A DNA stretch of 21,086 nt from Fibrobacterota bacterium (GTDB taxonomy: Bacteria > Fibrobacterota > Fibrobacteria > UBA11236), in the NCBI GenBank assembly GCA_043753995.1, contig JAYUVP010000132.1, positions 1 to 21,086 of the forward strand, read 5' to 3'. The notes under the pieces are model-generated. The model did no database searches. It was not told where the DNA came from and was given only the letters and a program-made list of their open reading frames with translations. Positions 7,837 through 18,300 of this stretch are shown here, piece after piece. Numbering within the stretch: position 1 is the first letter of the stretch; the number at the start of each line of letters is the position of its first letter. A program made the position numbers and the translations under genes.

Positions 7837-9072
7837 GTGATACACCAAGCTTGGGTCGCGCTATTTCCCTTGGCGACCTGTCTCCCGGTTTTTGCCGAGC
7901 GTCCCCTGGCGCCGGAAGCTCCGCTTTCCGTACCTTCGCTGGCCTATGGCCGCGGTGGAAGCAGCGCCCTGGAGGGCGTAGGCGGTCTCATGCACAATCC
8001 CGCCACCTTGCGATGGCGCGGCGGGGCCCAAGTCGAAATGGGCATGATTTCCTTGGCCTCGGGTCTTTCGCCTTATGCCGTGATGGGTTATCAAAATCCC
8101 GGAGGCTCGGCGGGAGCCTTGGGCGGCTTTCGCGCCGAAGCTGAGGACTATGCCTATCAGGGAGTCTTAGGGGGATTCACTTGGCCGCTGGGGGATGACG
8201 CCAGCGTGGGATTGGGCATTAGCGGTGTTTTTGCCCAGGGTGATTTCGGGGCCGATGCGCACGCGGGGCTTTGGACCCAGGTCGGAGATCATGGCGAGGC
8301 CGGTTTATTTGTGAAAAATATCATGGCTTCCGGATTAGGAGAAGTGCCGGAAGGCTTCAGTACGGATCGCGAAGTGGGCTTTGGTTTCGGAACGGCTTAT
8401 GAGCATGTTCGTCTATGGCGTTTTTCATTGCGCGATATCGGCTTGCATTATGATTTTGCCTCGGACCATTGGTTGCCTTCGGCCTGGCGGCATAGCGTCT
8501 CAGGACAAATTTGGCTGCCCCCTGGGGGCTCTTGGGGTTTGCTCACGGGCCTAAGCGTAGGCGGCGAGGATCCCTCACCCAAGCCTTCTTTCGGATTCGG
8601 CGCGCGCTTGCCTTTTGGGGGTGGAGCTTTGCGCATGACCTATGCCTTGTCTCCGTCCATGAAGGCCGAAGCGGGCCAAGGTCAAAGCCAAAGTTTGGCA
8701 TTGCACTATGAAGTGGGGCGTCAGAAAGATGTCTTGGCTCCGGAATTGCAAATCCATGCTTTGCCGTCGCGGATTTCCGTCGACAGCGTGGGAAAGGCCG
8801 GTTTGTATTTCCGCCTGCAAGCCGAAGATCCCGACGGCGAAACCGCCGAATGGGAATTATTGATTCTGCGCACGGACGCCTCGGGAAAGATCGGCGAAGC
8901 CGTGATGAGATATCACGGAAAGGAATTGCCGCCGCGCCTCATTCGATGGTCGGGCGATGATGTGGGCGGACAGGCAGTTGCACCTGGCTTATATGCTTAT
9001 CGCTTCGAGGCCGCCGACAAAGCGGGCCACGAAACCACGGCCCCCATTGGCTTAGTGGAATTGCTTCCTTAA
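7837..9072 (+). CDS. PorV/FadL-like outer-membrane beta-barrel fused to C-terminal FlgD-Ig-like domain
   Basis: Start placed at GTG 7837 (the ORF track gives 7792), with a signal peptide ending PVFA. SLAYGRGG...LMHNPATL resembles the plug motif and is followed by Gly/aromatic amphipathic strands. The C-terminal part reads WELLI...IRWSGDDVGGQAVAPGLYAYRFEAADKAGH. Confidence 0.65.
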   Translation: MIHQAWVALFPLATCLPVFAERPLAPEAPLSVPSLAYGRGGSSALEGVGGLMHNPATLRWRGGAQVEMGMISLASGLSPYAVMGYQNPGGSAGALGGFRAEAEDYAYQGVLGGFTWPLGDDASVGLGISGVFAQGDFGADAHAGLWTQVGDHGEAGLFVKNIMASGLGEVPEGFSTDREVGFGFGTAYEHVRLWRFSLRDIGLHYDFASDHWLPSAWRHSVSGQIWLPPGGSWGLLTGLSVGGEDPSPKPSFGFGARLPFGGGALRMTYALSPSMKAEAGQGQSQSLALHYEVGRQKDVLAPELQIHALPSRISVDSVGKAGLYFRLQAEDPDGETAEWELLILRTDASGKIGEAVMRYHGKELPPRLIRWSGDDVGGQAVAPGLYAYRFEAADKAGHETTAPIGLVELLP

Positions 9073-9097
9073 TATCGCTTCCATAATATCGTTTCCA
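9070..9097. repeat. Tandem 14-bp direct repeat
   Basis: TAATATCGCTTCCA (9070-9083) is followed directly by TAATATCGTTTCCA (9084-9097), with one mismatch. Confidence 0.8.
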
Positions 9098-9129
9098 TTG
9101 TTTGTTGCGACGGAATAATCTTTCCGCTG

Positions 9130-9152
9130 TGACATTTCAAAGTCATGACATT
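9130..9152. promoter_or_regulatory. Candidate operator upstream of the giant protease gene
   Basis: TGACATT occurs at 9130-9136 and 9146-9152, overlapping TGAC-N8-GTCA (9130-9145) and the palindrome GTCATGAC (9142-9149). Confidence 0.35.
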
Positions 9153-9358
9153 GTAAGAGTCCGGTAACGTTTTTTGATTTTCGTGCGTCCTATGATTAAT
9201 TCTTGGTATACCTTACGGTACCCTCGAAATCACCTGAATAAAAACGACGATTCCAGCCGTCGACTTTTATCCGGACGCTTTCGACCGCACTGATCAAACC
9301 ATCGTTTAACGGGCGCTCCCTCTTCGGGGCGCAGGCAAATCCTTTTGGAAGGACGCAT

Positions 9359-12300
9359 ATGCTGTACTCATCCCTATGGAAAAACCGCAAGCGCCTGGCC
9401 CTGGCTTTCTCCGCCGCCATGATGGTACCCATCCTCAGCCTTTCACAAAGTCGTCCTCCCGATCCTACAGCAGAATTACTACCGACTTCCCTGACTGCCA
9501 ATGTGGCGCATCAGGATGCACCAGTGGATTTGACCTCGACCTTGACCAATACCGGAGGGAGTCCGCTCACCTGGAGAATCGGTGCCATCCGCGACGTCAG
9601 CGCAGAATCTGCTCCAGCCGTTGCTACGGGACCTATAGCCACCGCGCGCCTTTATAATAAGACCCAGGTGCAAACCCTCGACTATGCTCCGGGGGAAATC
9701 ATCGTTGGGCTTAAAGAAGAGCCGGCAGGAACCGCAACCGGGAAAGTGGCTGCCAAGCCCGCTCCCACCGGTTTTCTCGGGGGCCGGGCCAAGGTCCGTC
9801 GCGAACTCATTCGCGCCCGCCGAGTTGAGCGCAAAATCCCCGGCGCCCGTCAGGCGGCCCCAGTTCAAAGACCCGGCCGCAAGCTTTTCTTGGTGGATGT
9901 CGCCGACAAAAGCAAGGCCGGCATGCAAAAGGCCATTGACGAATTGCGTAAAGATCCGACCGTGGCTTATGCCGAGCCGAATTATCAGTTGAAGGCCATA
10001 GGCATCCCCGACGATCCGCATTTTGACTTGCTCTATGGCATGCACAATGTCGGGCAAAATAATGGTGTGGTCGACGCCGATATCGATGCGCCCGAGGCTT
10101 GGGACATGGCCACGGGCGATGACAATGTGCTGGTGGGCGTCATCGACACGGGCATTGATTATTTGCATCCCGATCTCGTCGACAATATGTGGACCAATCC
10201 CGGAGAAATTCCCGGCAATGGCATCGATGATGAGGGCAATGGCTATGTCGATGACGTGCACGGCTATGACTTTGCGAATCATGATGGTGATCCGATGGAT
10301 GACCACTATCACGGCACGCATTGCGCCGGCACCATAGCGGCCCGCGGTAATAATGGCATTGGCGTTGCGGGCGTAGCCTGGAAGGCCAAGCTAGTCGCCC
10401 TTAAATTTTTAAGCGCAGGCGGTTCGGGCAGCACGGCGGATGCCATTGAAGCCATTGCCTATGCCAATGCCATGAATATTCCCATCACCAGCAATAGCTG
10501 GGGTGGAGGTGGTTTTTCCCAAGCGCTGAAAGACGTGATTGATGCGGGTGGCCAACGTGGCTTTTTGTTTGTCGCCGCTGCAGGCAATAATGGCAGCAAT
10601 GCCGATCAAATTCCGATGTACCCGGCCGCCTATGAAAGCGACAACATTATTTCGGTAGCTGCCACCGACAGTCGAGACGGCCTTGCCGGATTTTCCAATT
10701 ATGGCAGAGTCTCGGTGGATTTAGGTGCCCCGGGAGTCAGCATTTATAGCTGTCAGCCCGGCAACCGATATCAATATCTCTCGGGCACATCCATGGCCAC
10801 GCCCCATGTCGCCGGTGCCGCCACCTTGCTGAAGAGCTATAACCCGCAATTGGGTTATATCGACATCAAGGCTGCGCTGATGAGAAGCGTGGATTCGATA
10901 GCATCGCTGAGCGGGCGAGTCGCCAGTGAAGGGCGCCTCAATATCCAGCGCGCCTTGGGCATGGTGAATCCTCCTTGGGTGACCCTCGCCCCACGAGGAT
11001 CAGGTGAGCTTACCCCGGGCGCCTCCCAGGTTTTGACCGCGACGGTGAATCCGGCCGCGCTCACCGCGGGCGAACATCGCGCTCTGGTGCAAATCGTGAC
11101 TAATGATCCGGCCAATCCCAATCGCGAACTCGAGGTGGTGGCGCATGTCGCCCCTTGCCGTAACTTGTCTGTCACCCCAGAAGCGCTGGATTTCGGCGAC
11201 CTTTGGGAAGGCGCTTCGCGGGCGTTGACTTTGACCTTGAACAATTCTTGCAATGATGCCACTCGCTTGGACTCGGCCTTGTTCTCCGAAAGCGTTTTCA
11301 GCATTGCGAATGCTTTGCCCTTGACCGTACCAGCCTTCGGCAAGGCCACTTTAGAAGTGGTTTACCGACCTCCCGCCATTCAGGTGGATTCCGGCGTGGT
11401 GACTCTGGTGAGCAATGCCGAGGATCATTCCCGCATAGCCATTCCGCTGCGCGGTACGGGCATTGCCGCTCCGAGCATTGCCGTCAGCCCCTCCAGTTTC
11501 GAATTGACTTTGAATCCCAGTGAGCAAGCTATTCGTCAGTTCACGGTACGCAATACCGGCGGCGATGTTTTGACCCTGAAGCTGGCCTTTAAGGAAGGTT
11601 CGGCAGCCCAAGCGATAGGCCAGGCCTTATTGATTCCGGGGCAAGCCAAGAGTGGCGCGGCTTATGGTGATGGATTGCGTAAGAACTTGGTCGCTCCGAA
11701 AGGCAAGGTGGCAATCCGAGCCACAGGCGAAAGTCTCAGGGTGCTTTATCTCACCACTCTACTCGCGACGGGTCGATCAGATGATCTGGTTCGAGGCTTA
11801 CAGGGCTTGTCCAATGTGGCTTCGGTGGAAGTTTTAAATGGCCAATTCAATACACCGAATTTGGCGTATTTGCAAAACTTCGACATGGTCGTGGTATCCT
11901 CGAATTTTGGCTGGGCGGATCCTGTATTGCTGGGCAATACCTTGGCCGACTATGCCGATCAAGGTGGCGGGCTATGCCTCATGGTGGCCGCTCTCGCGAA
12001 CTCGGGGCCTTGGGGCTTGCTTGGTCGCATCACCACTCCTGAATACATGCCCATTCGCATGGCGGGTCCAGGGGTTGGCGGCCAAGCGGTTGAATTTGCG
12101 GCTCATCCCATCACGGCCGGGATGCAATCCCTGAGTTGCATTCTTCCCATCAAATCCTCCCAAACCCAGGGAGAGGGCATTGCCTTGGGTCATTATGCCA
12201 ATAGCACTCTTATTGGGGCGGTGAATCCGGCCAAACCCGTGGTGGCCATCAATGTTTTCCCCGCATCGGGGGCTTGGTCGGGAGATTTAGTGCTGATGGT

Positions 12301-15300
12301 GGGCAATAGTCTCGACTATCTGTCCAATGCCTCAGGTTGGGCCAAGGTGCAGCCCCGCAAGGCTTCGCTGGCTCCCGGCGATACTCTGAATTTCACGGTC
12401 ACCGTTTCAGCAGAAAAACAATTGGCCGGCGACCATTTGGGCAGTATAGCCATCGAGCATAATGCTCCCAGGGGAGATAATCCCCTGAATATTTCCTTGC
12501 TGATGCATGTGCGCCCGGTCAGCCTTTTGGCTTTGCCGGTACCCAAGCATGATTTCGGCGGCCTGCTCGTCGGCAATCAATCCCTGACAAACATAACTTT
12601 GATCAATTCTGGAAATCAAAGCACCACGGTGACCACGGTGGATTTGCCCAGCCCGTTTCACTTAAACACGGCCTTACCTCTCGTGATACCGGCTTTCTCC
12701 AAGGCGGAATTGGCTTTGACCTTTGCGCCGACGCTCGAAGGAGCGGTCTTAGGGATAGCCACTTTACATAGCAATGCGGCCGATCATCCCAGCTTGACCC
12801 TGGCCTTGCGGGGACAAGGTTTACCCGCGCCGATAGCCATGCTGACTCCGGAAAGCCTTTCCGTGAATCTGGCATACAATGCGGCGCCAGCGGATTTAAC
12901 CAGCATTTTGTCCAATCCAGGTCGCGGCGTTTTGAAATACACCGTTGGCGGATTTAAAGAAGTTCGCTCCGTCGCGACGGTAAACCTCTCCAAGGCCGTG
13001 CAAGCCGCGCGCATTTATCAAGCGGCCAATTACGATCGCGAAGCTATTCCTGGCGAATTGATTGTCGGCTTGCGCGAAAATACAGCGAGTATCGCCAATA
13101 TCACAGGCTTGGCATCGGTGGGTATCCAAGTCAAGCGTTCTGTATTGCGCGCCCGTTCAGCCAAAAGCGCCGTCCTGGGACAGCCCAAACGGAAAATATT
13201 GCTTGTCACCTATGCGGATGACTCCAAGGCGGGAATGCTGAGGGCCATCGAGGATCTGCGCAAAGACGCGAATGTGGCGTATGCCGAGCCGAATTATCGC
13301 CTCAAGGCCATAGCCACCCCCAATGATCCCGATTTCGGCTTGCTTTACGGTCTGCACAATGAGGGTCAAACCGGTGGCAGCAACGATGCGGACATTGATG
13401 CGCCCGAGGCCTGGGATAATTACACGGGAGAACACAATGTCATTGTCGGCATCATCGATACCGGCATTGATTATTTGCATCCCGATCTCGTCGATAATAT
13501 TTGGACCAATGCCGGAGAAATTCCCGGCAATAGCGTTGATGATGATGGCAATGGCTATGTCGATGATGTGCATGGATATGATTTCGCCAATCAAGATTCC
13601 GATCCCTATGATGATCACTTTCATGGGACCCATGTGGCGGGAACCATAGCAGCCAGCGGCAATAATGGCCTAGGCATTGTGGGTGTCGCCTGGAAGGCTA
13701 GGCTTGCCGCCCTCAAATTCCTCGATGCCGGTGGTTCGGGCTCCCTTGATGCTGCCGTAGAGGCCATCGCCTATGCCAATGCCATGGGCTTTCCCATCAC
13801 CAGCAATAGCTGGGGTGGCGGCGGCTTTTCCCAGGCGCTCAAGGACGTCATCGATGCCGGTGGCGAACAGGGCAATTTATTCGTCGCGGCTGCGGGAAAT
13901 GATTATTCCGACAATGATCAATACCCGGCTTATCCAGCGAGCTATGAAAGCGACAATATTATTTCCGTTGCTGCGACCAATAGCACGGATGGCAAAGCCG
14001 ACTTTTCGAATTACGGCGCCGCCACGGTGGATTTGGGCGCACCCGGCGTTGAGATATACAGCTGCGCTCCTGGTCAAGGTTATCAATATCTCTCGGGAAC
14101 ATCCATGGCCACGCCTCATGTCTCGGGCGCGGCGGCCTTGCTAAAAAGTTTTAATCCCCAAATGGAATATGCCCAGATCAAGGCCGCCCTTCTCGCCAGC
14201 GTCGATACCTTGTCTTCCTTACAGGGATTGGTGCTTAGCCAGGGTCGCCTGAATGTGCAGAAAGCCCTAGCCAACCTTTCCCCGCCTTGGGTAAGCCTAT
14301 CCCCGCGCGGATCGGGCCAAGTGGAACCCGGCGCTTCTCAAGCCCTGAATGTTCGCGTCGATCCGAAGGGATTGGTGGCTGGCGAACATCGCGGGTCTTT
14401 TACCCTGACCACCAATGATCCCAAGGCTCCGACCAAGACCTTGAGCATTGCCGCCACGGTGAGTGGCTGCCGTAACCTGTCGGTGACCCCTACCGCCCTC
14501 GATTTCGGATTGGTTTGGACGGGCTCCAGCAAGCGACTGGCCTTGAGCCTGGTCAATACTTGCAATGACTTCACCCAGGTGAATGCGGTGGAGCTGTCGC
14601 ATAAGACTTTCACCCGCCTTTTCGACTTGCCCGTACAAGTGCCGCCCTTCGGCAGCATTCAACTTGAAATCCTTTACACACCCGATGATCTGAACCAGGA
14701 CAAAGCCACCATCACGGTGAAAAGCAATGCGCAAAACCAAGCTTCCATCAAGGTATCGGCCAAGGGCACCGGCGTAAAGCCTCCGTCGATATCAGTCAAT
14801 CCCACCAAGGTGAATTTGACTATGGATCCCTCCGAGCAAAGGACTTCGGTGATCAAGGTGAGCAATAAAGGCGGAGCCGAAATGCGTGTCGCTTTAAGCT
14901 TGTCCCTGGATAAGAAAAAAGCCGACTCCGGTCTCGCACCTAAGGTATTGGTCTTGCCGCGTAAGGTCGGTTCGCCTTACCCTACTCATGCCTCCCCTTC
15001 CTTGAAGCCCAAAACCATTCACCCCATGGTTAAAGCTTCGGCTTCGGGTTTGAAAGTGCTATACCTCACCACCCTATACCTTCCCGATAGCCTGGATGAT
15101 GGTTTTATGCAAGGCATACGTGGCTTGCCCCAGGTCGCGGTTTTGGAAAGACTCGACGGCACGGTGAATGTGCCCAATGCCGACTTCTTGTCTGGCTATG
15201 ACGTGGTGCTGGTTTCGGCGGGAGAAGGGTGGGCTGATCCCGTTGCCATCGGAGATGCCTTGGCCGAATACGTTGATGCCGGAGGCAAGGTCTGCCTTTT

Positions 15301-18300
15301 AGTTGCGGCTATCGCAAATGGCGGACCCTATGAATTACAAGGACGAATCGCAACTCCTGATTATTTGCCCATGGTAAAGGCTGGCCCCGGCTATGGGGGA
15401 CAGGTCACGACTTTTACCGACCATCCCATTACCCAAGGTTTGAGTTCTATTGAATGTTTTGCGACTACCATGGCAAGTGAAACGCAAGGCAATGGCATAT
15501 CCCTTGGCCTCTACCCCTACGGAGAATTGCTTGGCGCCGTGAATCCCGACAAAGCCGTGGTTGCCATCAATGTTTTTCCGGCGGACGGGTTTTGGGCGGG
15601 CGATCTCATCCTCATGATGTCCAATACCCTCGACTACTTAGGGTCCATGTCCCGCTGGGCTAAAATTGAGCCGGCCCAATTGGTGATACCTCCAGGAAAA
15701 ACCGTCGAAGCAAAAGTGATTTTCGATACCGAAAACCTCGCGGCGGACCTTTATACTGGAACGCTTAAGCTCACCCATAATGCACCGGGCCAAGTCAATC
15801 CCCTGACGGTGCCTCTGAGCCTCACGGTCAAGTCGAAGAATTGCCTGGAGACTTCAGTCGCCGTCATCGACTTCGGGAAGGTCTGGACGGATCGCTATGC
15901 TCAGGCAACCGTGACGTTAAAAAATCCTTGCAATCAACCTACCCAGGTGAATTCCCTGGCCTTGTTGCCCAAGGTGTTCAAAACTTCGGTCGTGAAGCCA
16001 CTGACGGTAGACGCTTTCTCCGAAGTTGCCGTGGAATTGACCTATACACCCGACGATTTGTATCCAGACTTGGGCGGCTTGGTAATCAAGAGCAATGCCA
16101 AGGATAATCCCTTGGTCTTAATTGCACTCAAGGGTACGGGCATTCGTCCACCCTCGATTTCTATCAAGCCTTCGGCTTTGAATGTCGCCTTGGATCCCGG
16201 CGTGCAAGTCGCAAAATCCCTGGATATCTTCAATGCGGGTGGCGACACCTTGCGCTTGGCGGTGGCCGTCAAATCGGTGGCCGATGTCGCGAAGGGCAAG
16301 GCTCAGCCAAAAATCCTTCCCGGCAAAGCATCCATGGCTCGTCCCTTGGTCGGTAAGAAGCGCCCCATTTTGCCGCATGCTTCTGCGCGCGATTACCGTC
16401 CCCAGGCGGGAGGCAGTCTCAAGGTCTTGTATTTGCAAGCCATGGGAATCCCGACGGAAGGCGATTCCTTTGTGCAAGGACTGCGTGATCTGGCCAATGT
16501 CGACATCGTGGATCTTGTAGACATTCGCGAAGGCACGCCCAATCTTGAATATCTCCAAGCCTATGACGTAGCCTTGGTTTCTACGGACAATCCAGCCGCC
16601 GATCCTAAGGCTTTGGGGGATGTTTTGGCCGACTATGTCGATGCCGGAGGAAAAATCGCCATAATGGGGGCGACCTTTTACTCGGATTCTCCATTGGGCC
16701 TGGGCGGTCGTATTATGGATACGGCCTATTTGCCCATCCATCGGGGATATTTCACCAATGGTTTTAATTCGAAATCCCTTGTCGACCATCCCATCAATGA
16801 AGGCATCGGTTATATCAACTCCTATACTGTGATAGAAGCGGATTCGACGGTCGGTGCGGGTTTACCCCTCGGTAATTATGAGACGGGGTCCTTGACAGGA
16901 GCCTATCACGCCATAAAACCCATCGTTGCCTTGAATTTTTTCCCCATCGATGGCTTTTGGGGCGGGGACATTCTATTGATGATGGGTAACACTTTGGATT
17001 ATTTGGCCAATTCGATTCGGTGGATGAAACCCAAGGCCAAATCCTTGCTTGTGCCTCCGGGTAAAACCGTGAAATTGCCGGTGAATTTCAGCACTGAGGA
17101 AATGGTTGCTGGCCAATATGAAGGCATCTTGCGGTTCACCCACAATGCCCCCGCAATCACGACACCCTTGAATATCCCGGTCACACTTCAAGTGAAGAGT
17201 AAGCGTTGCTTGGCCGTCGAGCCTGCCACCTTGGATTTTGATAAAACCTGGAAAGGCGGATCCGATACTTTGGATTTGAGCCTTATCAATCGCTGCAATG
17301 AACCTACTCGCATCGAAAGTGTTCGCTTCGACGATGGGGCCTACAGTTCTGCGAATGCCATGCCCATGCTTGTCGAGCCCTTCGCGACCACGAAAATTCG
17401 CTTGGTATTCGCGCCCAAGGACACCAAGGTGCATAAAGGCAAGGCGGAAATTCGCAGCAATGCGCAAGACAATTCCCGCCTGATGGTGAGCTTGAAAGGA
17501 CAAGGCGTTTTGCCGCCGACGATTGCGGTGACGCCGGGCGAAATCAAGGTCAGCGTCAATGCGGGCGAAGTGAAGACTCAAAGCCTGACCCTCAGCAATA
17601 AGGGCGGGGACACCTTGGTGGCAACCCTCTCTTCTTCGGTAGAGTCAAAAACGGTGGCACCTAAGGCCGCGATGACATCCCTGGCGGTTGCCGGATACCA
17701 CGTGCTCTACCTAACGGATATGACGACCGACTCGATGGGATACGATCCCTTTGTAGAAGGCCTGAGATCCTTACCCAAGGTGGCGAGCCTAGATGTCGCG
17801 AATATCAACAACGTCAACCGCCAGGTGGACTTCCTTCTAGGATATGATCAAGTGGTAGTGGCCACGGTCAATGGCATCAAGGATTCCAAAGGCCTGGGCG
17901 ACGCTTTAGCCGATTATGTGGATTTGGGTGGGCGCATTTGCTTGATGAATGGCACTCTTACTAATTATGAATGGCTGAGAATAGAGGGTCGTATTTCCAC
18001 TCCGGAATACCTGCCCATGGTTCAAGCCGAAGGTGGATTTGGCGGTATCGTGACTTCCTTTGTGGATCATCCCATCAATGCGGGCATCAGTTATTTGGTT
18101 TCCTGGAGTCCCACGGTTTCGACGGAGGTGCAGGGCTATGGTCAACCCCTGGGTTACCTCGAGTCGGGTGCCTTGTTAGGCGCTTGGAATACCCAGAAGG
18201 CGGTGGTGGCCTTAAATATTTTGCCTTTCTTTGGGGCTTGGAATGGCGACTTAATTCCCATGATGGGCAATATTTTTGATTTTCTTGTCACCCGGAATAC

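Noticed and set aside
9334..9357. GGCAAA...GACGCA resemblance to a c-di-GMP-I riboswitch P2
   Set aside because: There is no GNRA tetraloop, and P3 would fall inside the coding sequence. It is kept only as an SD-sequestering hairpin.
9479..17581. Long antisense ORFs (9479-10321, 13157-13633, 16118-16789, 16973-17581) and similar short overlapping ORFs throughout the window
   Set aside because: These are shadow ORFs from codon bias of real genes. Their mutual similarity just mirrors the sense-strand duplication.
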